Notes under the pieces: model-generated
Database searches by the model: none
Seen by the model: the letters and a program-made list of their open reading frames with translations, nothing else
Told to the model about the DNA's origin: nothing
Assembly: GCF_006345805.1 (NCBI RefSeq)
Contig: NC_043011.1
Coordinates: forward strand, 17,000,464 to 17,064,463
DNA: 64,000 nucleotides
From: Octopus sinensis
Lineage: Eukaryota
Direction: 5' to 3'
Made by a program: the position numbers and the translations under genes
Shown: piece after piece, positions 12,256 to 25,199 of the stretch
How the letters are laid out: every line of letters begins with the position of its first letter
Numbering within the stretch: the first letter of the stretch is position 1

Positions 12256-12780
12256 TATCTAATATAATAAATGTGAATGTCAGTGTGTCACACTTTTTCC
12301 ACTTTACTCTTAGAGGCCGTAGCCCAACATATCATACCATTTTGGAATCAGGCTGACTCTGTGAGTAAATTAAAAACATTCTGGGCCAAATCTGAACCCA
12401 CAATCCTGAAATTTTGGCTTCCCAAGTTTTCCTAACTGTGATTGTTCACAGCGATTTTTTTTGTGTGTGTGACTTTTTACAACAATTTTTTTGGTATGAT
12501 AGCAATTTCTATAATCTAAAGGTTAATTTCGTGAGTAAATTAAAAACATTCTTGGCTGAATCCAGACCTGCAATCCTGAAAATTTGGATTCCTATGTTTC
12601 GATTACTGCAATTGTTTGTGGTGATTTTTGTTACATGATTTGTTGTGACAAATAGGATCAATTTTGTTATATGACTCTGGAGGAAGCAATTGCAAAAAAT
12701 TTTCCAAAGCAAGTCAGAGATCCGTTTACAGATCTTCCCATTCAGGGTCAGTTGCTTAAAAGCTAGCTATATACTAGCTT
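12256..12780 (+). mobile_element. Helitron-like element with internal ~170-bp duplication
   Basis: A|TCTAATATAATAAAT start; 3' AAGCTAG/CTAGCTT hairpin; GTGAGTAAATTAAAAACATTCT at 12361 and 12531. Confidence 0.45.
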
Positions 12781-13210
12781 AAATGCTGCCTGATAGGGTG
12801 GCATTTAAGTTAGTGTGTATGTATGTGTGTGTGTGTGTGTGTGCATGTGTATTTATTTATTTATTATTTTGCACATTTCTTAATCATTATTATATGTTTT
12901 ATATGTTTTATCTTATATTTAATCTTTCTGTAAGGTGTAATTTTTCTAAATGGTATAATTTAATTTTTCATTATTGAATTGATAAAAGGTGTTTTTTTTC
13001 TAATTTATAAATATATATATATTATATTGTGTGAAATTTGATTTAGTATTTCTAAATTGAATTTTTCCCTGTAAGTTTGGAATAATATTCCCTCAAATTA
13101 TTATTATTATTATTATGCTTATTATTATGATATATATATATATATATATAATCATGTGGTCAGGAAGCAATCTCCTTAACACACAGCCATGTCTGTGCCT
13201 CTTTCTCTGT

Positions 13211-13247
<37 letters not shown>

Positions 13248-13258
13248 TACAAATGAAT

Positions 13259-13298
<40 letters not shown>

Positions 13299-13499
13299 GC
13301 ATGTGGGTGTTTAAATATATATTGGTATGTACATATGCATGTATGTATGTACCATCATGGCATTTCTTTCCTCTTTTAGTCAGGCTTAATAGTGGAATGA
13401 CAGGGATTTTTTGCATGCTTAATTATGTCTGCTTTTGAGCACTCATTGCAACAAACTCCTGTTTCAATAAAAATATTTTGATAGATGGATAATGATGTG

Positions 13500-14396
13500 A
13501 ATTTATATGACTTTTTTACTGTTATGTTTTTGGAACTAGTCTAAGATAGATTTTCTTCTGTTCATTGCATAAATCCTGTTGTTTATCACATTTTTGATTT
13601 GATATTTGCCAATTTTCGTTTTTTTGTTGTTGTTTTCTTTTGCCAGTGCTCTTTTATAGCGCTTATTAATCTGCATAAAATATGGTGGCCTTTCAGTGTT
13701 ATAATTGTCTTTCTGCAGAACATTCACTTTTGCTGTCAGTTTGTAATTTTGAAGGAAGCACCTCAATTTCTCTCCTTATTGGTTTATGCATTTTAAGGCT
13801 TACTTTTTGTGTGTTTTTGTTATGCAGTTATTGAGGGGTTTTGTGGATGTATTCCTTTATTTTTCTTTTTTGTCTTGTTTGCAAACAATTTTTTCCAGAA
13901 TTACACAATGATCCGATATCAGTATGCATTTTGTTCCATGAGGTGAATTCTTGGTTTGGGAATGGACTAACATTTTATATTGGTAGCTAACCTTTCTTAT
14001 TTTGCCTGAATGCATTGATAAAGAACACACTTTTTCATTGCTTGTAATAATTCTAGCCAGGAAAGGTGCAATAGTAAGTTAAATCTTGAATAACAAACAG
14101 AAGGCAACTCTTTAACTAAGTTGAAGAGCTTTTTAGATGATGAGGGTCCTACTAATCAAGTTTACTCTATTTTTTTTTATACTCTTTTACTTGTTTCAGT
14201 CATTTGACTGTGGCCATGCTGGAGCACCACCTTTAGTTGAGCAAATCGACCCCAAGACTTATTCTTTGTAAGCCTAGTACTTATTCTATCAGTCTCTTTT
14301 TGCCAAACCACTAATTTACAGGGATGTAAACACACCAGCATCGGTTGTCAGGCGATGTTGGGGGGGGGACAAAGACAGACATACAAACATACACGC

Positions 14397-14444
<48 letters not shown>

Positions 14445-14463
14445 TATATGCACACACACACAG

Positions 14464-14495
<32 letters not shown>

Positions 14496-14900
14496 GATGG
14501 GCTTCTTTCAGTTTCCGTCTACCAAATCCATTCGCAAAGCTTTGGTCAGCCTGAGGCTATAGTAGAAGACACTTGCCCAAGGTGCCACGCGTCATTGTTC
14601 ATGAAGGCATTTTGTGATCTAAATGCACCTTGAATTGAACTTTTTGGGGGTAATTCTTGTGCAGTGGCTTTTCCCTAAACTTCTGAAAGAACTCAATATT
14701 GGCAGAATTTGATTGTCCAGATTGAGGACAATCTGCAAGAGGAAAATTCCCTGAGTGAAGCTGACCAAACCCTCGTTGGCATATTTAGACAAACACTTAA
14801 AGAATGATAACCGTAAGCAGAAAAATCATTTGTTGATGCTTGCCAGTATCTGATATAAACTTATCTTAAAGGGGTAAAAATCAATATGGATTTAACCACT
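13500..14900 (-). pseudogene. very degenerate LINE reverse transcriptase remnant
   Basis: Frameshifted IPKP..YR/ISDHCVILEKIVCKQ and HHILCRL echo RT domain motifs. Confidence 0.4.
14178..14590 (-). mobile_element. CORE-like SINE lacking its head
   Basis: Matches the family up to CCCAAGGTGCCACGC. Confidence 0.85.
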
Positions 14901-15171
14901 ATTTTATAAAGTAATCAGGAAAGAAAATGTTTATTTGATCATACTTATTGAAAATATATCTTCAAAGTGTTCATATCGAAAATGCGACAGGCCTTTCTTT
15001 CCAACCTAGTGCATGTGTGTATATAATTGAAGATATACGTTTTTGAGTGAGTGTTTATAAATTCACATATACACACTGGCAACTGAGCAAGTAAATAAAT
15101 GTTTAATGGTGCATTTACATATATATATATATATATATATATACATACACACATGAATGTATGTATGTATA

Positions 15172-15785
15172 TCTGTCTGTATGTACATATGTATACATGT
15201 ATGTATGTATGTATGTATGCATGCATGTATTTAAGTATGTATGTATGTAAGTATGTATGTATGTATGCATGTATGTATGCATGTATGTATGTATGCATGT
15301 ATGTATGTATGTATGCATGTATGTAAGTATGTATGTATGTATGTATCTACGTATGCATCTATGTATGTATGTATGTATGTATGTATGCATGCATGCATGT
15401 ATGTATGTATGTATGTATGCATGTATATATGTATGTATGTAAGTATGTATGTATGCATGTATGTATGTATGTATGTATGTATGCATGCATGCATGTATGT
15501 ATGTATGTATGTATGTATGCATGTATATATGTATGTATGTAAGTATGTATGTATGCATGTATGTATGTATGTATGCATGTATGCATGTATGTATGCAAGT
15601 ATGTATGCATATATGTATGTATGCATGTATGTATGCATGTATGTATGCATATATGTATGCATGTATGTATGCATGTATGTATGCATGTATGTATGCATGT
15701 ATGTATGCATGTATGTATGTATGTATGTATGTATGTATGCAAGTATGTATGTATGTATGTATGCATGTATGTATGTATGCAAGTA
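15172..15785. repeat. (TATG)n/(TGCA) array
   Basis: Directly visible. Confidence 0.98.
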
Positions 15786-16302
15786 ATAGCATGCCTCATC
15801 GTGACTGCAATTTTTATTCTTTTCTTTTCTATATATATAATGAATGTCTTAGATCCTATCACTTCACTTCTTCTGCACCTAATGCATGTGTATACAGTTT
15901 CTGCATATTTCTTTTTATATCTCTTTATAAACGGTTGTATAAAAACTGAGTATGTATATGTACGTATATGCTATATGTAACTTTTATTCAGATGTCTGTC
16001 TGACTGTCTGTGTATCTGAACATTTTTTTTTATAATTAAGTACATACGTGTATATTCTTTCTTTTTTTTTGTAATTAAGTACATACATGTATATTGTTAT
16101 ACATGTATATATACAGTTTGCTTCACAATCTTTTTATTCTAACTTTTTTTTACTTAACTGACAGATTTCAAAATTTATTATCTTGCTACTTTCCAATAAT
16201 ACTTTTGATCAAAGATGCCGGAAAAAAAAAATTATAATTCATCACAATGTTTTATGAAGTGCAATGCACAAAACTCTTGTAGTATGTGTAAGTGTGTGCA
16301 TA

Positions 16303-16367
<65 letters not shown>

Positions 16368-16370
16368 CAG

Positions 16371-16403
<33 letters not shown>

Positions 16404-16781
16404 CCTATGTATATGTATATATATATATAATATATATATATATATACATACATATATATATGTACACACACATACACACACTTACATACACTCTTATATA
16501 CTGAGTTCTATTTTTTCTGCATATTCACCAAATGCAAGTGTGTGTGAGCGTATGTATGTGCTAATTGTATGTGTGTGCGTGTGTATGTGTGTGTTTGTGT
16601 GTGCGTGTGTGTGTAACTTTCATATTTCTTGCCTGAGGCTCCTTACAACAACTAAAATCCACACTGGAGCAATTGCCTCCTTGCTCTTCTCTTAAATCTA
16701 CAAAGCATCCAAAAAGTGGTTTGGATTGGTTTTTATCTTATATTTATTACCTTTTTTTTATATGTCATGATAATTATATCT

Positions 16782-17135
16782 TTTACTCTTTACTCATTTC
16801 AATCATTAGACTGCGGCCATGCTGGGGCACCACCTTTAAGAATTTTTAGGTGAAGGAATTGACCCAGGTACTTTTTTCTTTGTTAAACCTGGTTATTTAT
16901 TCTATCAGTCTCTATTGTTGAACTGCTATGTTACAGGGACGTAAGCACAGCAACACTGATTGTCACGTAGTGGTGGGGGAACAAACCCAGAACACTCAAA
17001 CGTCTCCCCCCACACAGACACATAAATGATGGGCTTCCTTCAGTTTCCATCTATCAAATCGCCTAACAAGGCTTTGGTCAGCCCGAGACTATAGTACCAC
17101 ATGGTTTGGAAGTGAGCTTCTTACCACACGGCCAC
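16782..17135 (-). mobile_element. degenerate CORE-like SINE
   Basis: ACTGCGGCCATGCTGGGGCACCACC..GGCTTTGGTCAGCCCGAG. Confidence 0.75.
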
Positions 17136-17699
17136 ATTTATTGATAAATCATCGTTATGAGATAAAAATGAAGTTTTGAATGGTCAATCCAGAAATTCAT
17201 ATCTACTCAGTAAGCAAAGCAGAACATCCGATAATGACATCATTATATAGTTAGAAGAAGCTGCTCTACACAGCAAGTGATCACACCAAAATTGAAGGAT
17301 AGTCAGAGAAAATCTGAAGTTGCCATTCTCACTATAGACTTCACTGAAGATGGAGTCATGTGATGGCTATCATTATCTTTAATCATTCAGGTTATAACAC
17401 TTGTATATATTTCCAGGAAATCTAGTCATGGTCCTTGAAATATATTTTTTGTATTTTATTTTATTGAGATTTATATGTCTTTCGTGTGTCTTTGGTTATT
17501 AATTACAGTGCTATAGAATCATTTTAAATGGTGTGCATATTGTATATTACATATATCGATATTTCCATCAAGATGTTTTGATTTATTTCGATATTAATCG
17601 TTTAATTGGATATAACATAAAAAAAAATATCATAAACATTTTACGATTCGGCACATTATTTGTGATGGTAATCATTCTCATACGTTGCATCAGAAATGT

Positions 17700-18250
17700 A
17701 TTTATTGATAAATAATTGTCAAGAGATTAAATGAAGAAGGTTGAGTAGGCAATTCTCAATTATATGTCTATCCATTAAGCAAACTAGATCCTCTCACTAT
17801 GCTGAAATTGCATGCTTAGTCTAATATTCTTTGCAATGAGGTGATCTCTGTACCATATTTAATGGTCATCCATAGAACATTTGCGTTACCATATTGCTGA
17901 AGACTGAGCTTTTTGTCTCTTATTTATTTATATATTTATGTATATATTTATTATACATGATATATATAAAAATGCTTCGTGTATCCAGAAACTCTCTTGA
18001 GGGTCACAAAGTTCCTTTATATACTTTTAAGTTGATTTGATTTTCGCAACTCAAATTGTTTCCATACATATATGCATGGCCGTCTACATATCTTTCAATA
18101 TTAAGTATGGTGCTATATAATACCACTTTAAATGCTATGCACTCCATTATATATTAATATTTTCATCAGGGTGATTTGATGTAAGTCTTGGAAGTATTTA
18201 GTTTTTTCAATGTATACAATAGATAAAACGGTATTCTAAAGGCAACATTT
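17700..18250 (-). pseudogene. degenerate Penelope-like RT remnant
   Basis: RYVDG (YxDD-like) followed by EFLD and QMFYG, with many stops. Confidence 0.35.
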
Positions 18251-18283
18251 TGGCAGTAACATGTATTTCTATGTAGGTAGATA

Positions 18284-19610
18284 TCATCATCATCATCATC
18301 AATATTTGACGTTGATTTTCCATGATGTTATAGTTTGGATAGTTAGACAGGCACTAGCAAGGCCAGGTGCTGCACCAGACATCATTGTCTGGTTTGACAT
18401 GGTTTCTACAACTGGATGCCCATTCTAACACCAAACACTTCATAGAGTGTACTGGGTGCTTTTTACATAGCAACAACGCCAATGCTTTTTTTATGTAGCA
18501 TCAACACTGGTTGTTTTTCAGTGGCGTCATTACCATCAAAGCCACCAAGTACGTTGCAAGGCAAAAAACCTCTCAACTGGGAATGGAATAGACGCTTTGT
18601 ACCTGTTGAGAAATTAATGGTATAGAACGACAGAGATGTCTGTCTTGCTGTAGAGTAAATACATGGCTACACCAGTTGCAAAAGAAAGGGTGGGGTGTTA
18701 GAGAGTAAGATAAAGGGTCCAATTTTAAGAGATGGTGGTAAAGATGTCAGAACATGCCTTTGAGGAATATTGGCGGTGGTAAGAACAGGTGAGGTGACAC
18801 AGAGGTTTGGACTGGGTGAGTGAGCAGGATAGAGGGGACTGAAGCAAATGATGGAGAAAAATATTGGAGAGGCTTGAGGGCACAGGTTGCAGCAGATAAG
18901 TGAGGGCATTGATGGTGATTAACACATTAGTGAATCGTTACTGATGGAGAACAGCAGAGGGGAGTGAAGGCAAAAGAAGAAGGTGATTGAGGGAGACAGT
19001 AGGCAGGGAAACAGAAGTGGTTCATGATGGGGAAAGAAAGGTTGCTAACAAAAGCAGAGAGATGTAGTGGTGTATGCCAGTTCTACTCTCAGGTGTTTGT
19101 GAAGTAATGGGTTCTAGGGGATAAAATTTGTTGGGGGTGAAGTGAAGTGGTTGATGGGATATAGACAGAGGAGGTTGGAACAGGGCATAAACCATTATGG
19201 ACAAGCATTACCAAGGTGGTTTGAGGATATAAATTCTGCTGTGGTGGACAGGTCTCCTCGAGTACAACAAGATGCCCAATATCTAGTTCCTTTGTCATCT
19301 TCATAAGGCTAAGCATCTTGAGATTGGCTTTCAATATTTCATCTCATGTCCTCCTGGGCCTCTGTCTTTGAAAAAGTTTCATCCACTTTAAGCGAACAGC
19401 AATTCTTTTTTGCAACACTCTTCATCCATCCGCATCACATAACCAAAACCAGCACAGTTTTCTCACTAGTACATTGGATTTAATTCCTCTTATGCTTAAC
19501 TTTCCTCTCAATACACTGGTGCTCCGTTGCACATGTATACAGTCACTGTACACTCTAGCTTCATATCTCACTACCATGTAGCATTGCTTTTTGTACACGT
19601 GCATCATACA
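18284..19610 (-). mobile_element. RTE LINE 3' end with ~1-kb 3' UTR and (ATG)n tail
   Basis: VQRSTSVLRGKLSIRGI..RKLCWF ORF end, pyrimidine-rich UTR, terminal family motif, (CAT)n at 18284. Confidence 0.7.
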
Positions 19611-19899
19611 ATCTTCCTTTCATTCAGATACTCAGAAAGAGAAGAGAGGGGGGGAGAGAGAGAAGGAGAAAGAAAGAGTGAAAGAAAGAAAGAGAGAGGG
19701 AGAGAGGATGAAGTAGAGAAAAAGAAAGAAAAAGAAAGAGAGAGAGAGAGAGAGGCAGACAGATAGACAGACCACTGGTTGTCAACAGAGATAAAATCTC
19801 TGAATTTTCTTTATCTTATTAAAGCAATTACATTCTCATTACATCCTCCTCTACTACTAATTAGGTCAGTTAGGTAGCAGAAATTATCCAGTACCTCTA

Positions 19900-20510
19900 G
19901 AGAGGATCCGGAGATTTGAAAAATTTAATTTCCCATATATCTGTAGACTTTATGGCTCCTGTGCATCCTCCACATACAAACACTACTTTCTCTATTAAAC
20001 TTCCTATTATTCCATTGCACTTCTTGTGTGTCCATGCCTTGTATTTGGTACACCATATGAAATTCTTGCCAACACCTTTCCTACATAATGAGCAGGGTCA
20101 TTTACATAAAGTAGAAAAGATCCTGTCCAGTTTCCTGCTCTTTGCTAAGTTACTCTTAAGGTTGTTCAATCCCAGGTTTTGCTGCTATGCCTGGAATTTC
20201 TTTTCTAGGTTTGTAACAGAATCTGCTGTGCGAGAAAAATCATCAGCATATAGCAGTTCCCAAGGGCAGCTGGTCTTGAATTCCTCAGTTATGGCCTGAA
20301 GTGCAATAAGGAATTGGAGGGGAATGAGAACTGAGCCATGCTGAACAGCTACCTGTACACTAAATTCATTACTATAAGCATGGTTAACTCTCACCCTACT
20401 GACAAAACCTCTGTATATGGTCTGTACAACTATCACAAGCCACTCATCTACCCCTAGCTTCCTTATCAATCACACAACAGGATACTCAGTCAAAGGCTCT
20501 CTCCAAGTCC
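19900..20510 (-). pseudogene. RTE LINE reverse transcriptase fragment
   Basis: RKLGVDEWLV..VQHGSVL..PWELLYADD (ORF 20185-20469). Confidence 0.9.
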
Positions 20511-20611
20511 ACAAATGCAAATACAATGGCTTAGATTTATATATGTATACACACACAAACACACACACACACACACACACACAAACGCACACACACACAC
20601 ACACACACATA

Positions 20612-21570
20612 CACACACACATTGGCCATGTTCAGATGGTGCTTTTTACATGCCACCGGCATGGGTATCACAACTACAATATCCATTTAATTTTCATTTT
20701 GATGTTGATGTACTTGACACAATTGGCCTCCTCAAGCACAGCAGGTTGCCCCCTCATCCAAGGTACTTTTGAATGGGCTGGGGTTGGTTATGCGAAACTG
20801 GTGTAGGATACAGTCATGAACTCACTTTATTTGCCGGGTCTTCGCAGTTACAGCATATCTTCTGAGGTCTCTGTCTTTCATCTTTTGCCTCTGTGAAGCC
20901 CAACGTTCGAAGGTCATGCTTGACCACCTCATCCCAAGTCTTTCTGTGTCTACCGCTACTCTGGATTCCTTCAACTGTTTGGGAGTAGCACTTCTTCACA
21001 CATCTCTCTTCATCCATCCGTAGCACATGACCATACCAGCGTGCCACATCCTATGCTTCTTATGTCCAACATTTCTCTCAGGGTGCTTACACTCTGTCAT
21101 GTGTGCACACTGACATTACACATCCAGCGGATCATGCTAGCTTAATTTCTTTAGAGCCTACACATGTCCTCCGCAGTCACGGCCCAGTTTCACTGCCTTA
21201 ACCCTTTAGCATTTAAACCGGCCATATCCGGCCAAAAGTATTCTGCCTGTTTTATGTTCAAACTGGCCATATCTGGTCTCTCACACCAGCCCTACAATAT
21301 CATCTTAAAAATTAACAGCTACCGCATCAAAATCTCATAGCTACAAGATAATGCCTGATTAGTTCAAGACAATGTGGATAAAAAAGGATTAATTTTGGCA
21401 GAATAATGCAAACACTAAAGGGTTAAAGCATGGCAGTTCGCATACATGCATCATACAATCTATCTTTCACTCTGAGCGATAGGCCCTTTGTCACCAGTAG
21501 GAGTAGAAGCTTTCTAAACTTTTCCCAGGCTATTCTTATTCTAGTGGTAACACTCTCTGAGCATCAACCT
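20612..21570 (-). mobile_element. RTE LINE 3' fragment interrupted by a piggyBac MITE
   Basis: RIRIAWEKFRKLL..LRVKDRLYDAC..GSET..RWYGHVLRMDEERCVKK..KTWDEVVKHDL. Confidence 0.9.
21202..21422. mobile_element. piggyBac-type MITE (221 bp)
   Basis: TTAA TSDs at 21198-21201 and 21423-21426; TIR CCCTTTAG/CTAAAGGG. Confidence 0.9.
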
Positions 21571-21579
21571 GTATATATG

Positions 21580-21610
<31 letters not shown>

Positions 21611-21658
21611 ATGTATGGCTGCAGTGAAATGAGTAAAACAAGAGAAAATGAAGATAAA

Positions 21659-21689
<31 letters not shown>

Positions 21690-21699
21690 TTATAAAAAA

Positions 21700-21828
21700 A
21701 AGAAGTTTGAAAACGCCACTATTTAAGATAAATTTTAATTTTCTTAGAAATATTACATGTTTCGGTTCTTGAAAAAACGAACCTTATCAAAAATATTTTA
21801 TATATATATATCATGTATATGTGTGTGT

Positions 21829-21864
<36 letters not shown>

Positions 21865-22290
21865 GGGGAGAGCAAAATTCTTCGCTTATTTTGGGTTTGT
21901 GGCACTGTTAGTTACGAGCGGATCTTCAAAAGCGATAGGAGGCCGAAGGAGTATGCTCCCACTTTCATTTTTTTCAATCAAACCAGGGAGTTCTGAGCTG
22001 AGATAGAATGTCGAGTTTGACTAATCTTAAAGTAACGTCTCAAATAACCTTTGCATCTGATTTTTTAATGTCTCTAACCCGCCATACTTCCGTGAGTTGA
22101 ATTGAGCAAACACTATATGAGAGAGATTTTCTTTAAGTATTAGAAATAGTTTTATAAATGTTTTTTTAGCTGCTATTTCTAATGAGTTCAGTATCGGCAA
22201 AGTATTTATTTACTAAGCCCTTTTTATAATGTAATAATTTGAATCGCCTTAATGGTCCCTTTGCATAGGAACACTTGGTGATTGATTAAT
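21700..22290 (-). mobile_element. degenerate Penelope-like 3' region with hammerhead-like motif
   Basis: QLTEVWRVRD..KVI*D resembles a PLE endonuclease C-terminus; rc TTGATAA-GGTTC..GAACC-GAAAC-AT-GTA at ~21748-21797. Confidence 0.4.
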
Positions 22291-23122
22291 TATTAATTAC
22301 CCTCAATTGTTGATATATAGATACATATATATCTATATATGTATATATATACATATACATATGCATACATACATACATACATACATACATACATACATAC
22401 AACATACATACATACAAATACATACACACACACACATACAATCATACAAATGCATATGACAGTCATTATTTTACATTCATTTTTTTCCACACTTCAGTGG
22501 GTTCGACGCATTTTCTCTGACTTTTGCATCTCTTTTACAAAGTTCTGTATCTTAAGATCACCATACACCATTTCTGTCAACGGCTTCCTAGATTTTATTT
22601 CCTCATAGCTTTGCAGCACTTGGATCTTCTGGCTCTCCTTCATCCAACTAGCATCAATCAATAATACCTGTCAGCACAGTCTTTTCATTTGCACACCCTA
22701 CATCTGATCACTCTTATTCCCAGTTCTCTCTCAATTTGCCTGTGTCTTGTACATACACACTAAGCTTGTATATCCAGTGGAGCATACTTGCTTGATTTCT
22801 TTCCAAACTTTCAACATCCTTTGAATTCCCTGACTACATTCCTCAACATGCCAATTACATTTCATAGACAAACATCATAAAAAACTATTTTTGGTTAGAG
22901 AACATAATATTTTTATTGACCGCAGAGGTAAAGCTGTTCCCCGAAATTGTTCCTCTCTGTGCTTATTCTACTTTTCTGCTCTGAGAGGTCCAAAGCTCCA
23001 GTACTACAGACACATAGCAAGAATGCTGCAGAAAGGGATCACAAACCAATTTCTTCAAGCTAAGCAAACCAGAAGGAAACCTAGAGGGGAGATTAGCGTA
23101 GAGATGGCTGTATAATATCCAT

Positions 23123-23351
23123 ACTCTCTTTACTCTTTTACTTGTTTCAGTCATTTGACTGCGGCCATGCTGGAGCACCGCCTTTAGTCGACAGGCTTCT
23201 TTTAGTTTCCGTCTACCAAATCCACTCACAAGGCATTGGTCAGCCCGGGGCTATAGCAGAAGACACTTGCCCAAGATGCCATGCAGTGGGACTGTACCAA
23301 GAACCATGTGGTTGGTTAGCAAGCTACTTACCCCACAGCCACTCCTGCGCC
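23123..23351 (-). mobile_element. CORE-like SINE with internal deletion
   Basis: CCTTTAGTCGA joined directly to CAGGCTTCTT. Confidence 0.85.
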
Positions 23352-23603
23352 ATAGTCTAACTTAATTGCACTTGAGGATCAGCAGAAAATCATAATGATG
23401 GTGGTTTCTGATAGGATCCTATGAAGGTGGTGCCAGTGTATTCTAATCCCATAACCCTCCAGGAATAGGGAGCAGTAAAAATGGATGAGAAGATATATTT
23501 ATTCTAAATTCTAATCATTCAGTTTCCACTGACACACTGATTTGGTTACCTTGGTAACAAGAGCAATTACATATATATATATACACATAGACATGCTGGA
23601 CCA

Positions 23604-23649
<46 letters not shown>

Positions 23650-23674
23650 AACATGTTGGGCTACTGAAATCTAC

Positions 23675-23830
23675 AAATGTTTTTCATTCTCTCTCTGTTT
23701 ATTTTCTGCTATTCTGTTCTGCTGAAGAGCGCAGGCTCGAAACATAAGAGTGTCAGACTAATACACTTGCTTGTTGTTCATACACCTGTCTTTGTCTTTT
23801 GTTCATTTCTAGATTTCAACTATATCTATC
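23675..23830 (+). mobile_element. hammerhead-family short element
   Basis: CTGCTGA-AGAGC-GCAG-GCTC-GAAAC-ATA then CTAATACAC..ACACCTGTCTT. Confidence 0.6.
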
Positions 23831-23878
23831 TATATCTATCTATGTATATATATCTTTGTATGTATGTATGTATGTGTG

Positions 23879-23924
<46 letters not shown>

Positions 23925-23927
<3 letters not shown>

Positions 23928-24228
23928 AGGCGCAATGGCCCAGTGGTCAGGGCAGCAGACTCACGGTTGTAGGATCAGGGTTTCAATTCCCAGACTGGGC
24001 GTTGTGAGTGTTTATTGAGCGAAAACACCTAAAGCTCCATGAGTCTCTGGCAGGGGCTGGTGGTGATCCCTGCTGTACTCTTTCGCCACAACTTTCTGTC
24101 ACTCTTTCTTCTGTTGCCCTGCTTGCTTAGCCAGCGGGGTGGTATCACTTGAAGGCTAAAACAATGCAAAGCGCATTGTGACCAGCGACGTGTAGCAACA
24201 TCTGATAGCCTTGTCGGTCACAGTGATA
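23925..24228 (+). mobile_element. tRNA-derived SINE (family C, tail 1)
   Basis: TGGAGGCGCAATGGCCCAGTGG..GTTTCAATTCCCAG head. Confidence 0.85.
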
Positions 24229-24559
24229 AATAAAGAAATATATATATATATACATATCTATATACATACTGAGAAAAAGAGGTAGTAAGAATTTTGGATA
24301 AATCTGACTACTTCCTTTTTCTCAGTATACAATATCTGTTCACCACTTCAAACACTCTATATATAGATATACAAAAATTGAAAGAAAATGGAGATTTATG
24401 ATCTTCTTTTAAATTTTGTATATTGAGTATATACGCTTTTGAGAGGTGAAAAGTTTTTCTATGCCATATTGGATATTTACGGAAAAACCAGAGGAAAATT
24501 GTATGTTTTTCTATCTCTATAAAGGAAACTATTTTTCCTTGTATTGAATTTTATTTTAT

Positions 24560-24750
24560 ACACACACACACACACACACACATGCATGCACACATATCTA
24601 TATATACATATACGTATATACATTCACATGTATATGCATATACATATATATATATACATAATATATATATACACATATGTATATATATATATATATATAT
24701 GCACACATAATATATACATACATGTACATATATATATACATACATCTATT

Positions 24751-24787
<37 letters not shown>

Positions 24788-24816
24788 GTATATACATATA
24801 TACATATGTATATACA

Positions 24817-24886
<70 letters not shown>

Positions 24887-24960
24887 CATATATACATATG
24901 TATATACATATATATATATGTACATACATATATACATATATATAAATACGTACATATATA
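24560..24960. repeat. compound (TA)n/(CA)n microsatellite
   Basis: Directly visible. Confidence 0.95.
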
Positions 24961-25199
24961 CATCCCCACCCCATACATCCCACTCACATAAACCCCACCC
25001 CTACCCCAATATCATCCCTCCAAACCCCCACCCCACCCTCTCATCACACCACACACCACCCCGCACACACTCACACATTACAGACACATACACTTACACA
25101 TGCACACATTCACACATCAAAGTCACCAGCCCCTATCCACACGCACACACACACCCTCACATACAAACACACACATGTACCTTCGTTTTGGGATCACCA

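Noticed and set aside
13899-13942. 44-nt plus-strand exon candidate
   Set aside because: It lies antisense within an apparent decayed LINE RT.
23925-24000. tRNA genes at SINE heads (also 10419, 39191, 37044)
   Set aside because: The A/B boxes run into SINE bodies without a complete cloverleaf.
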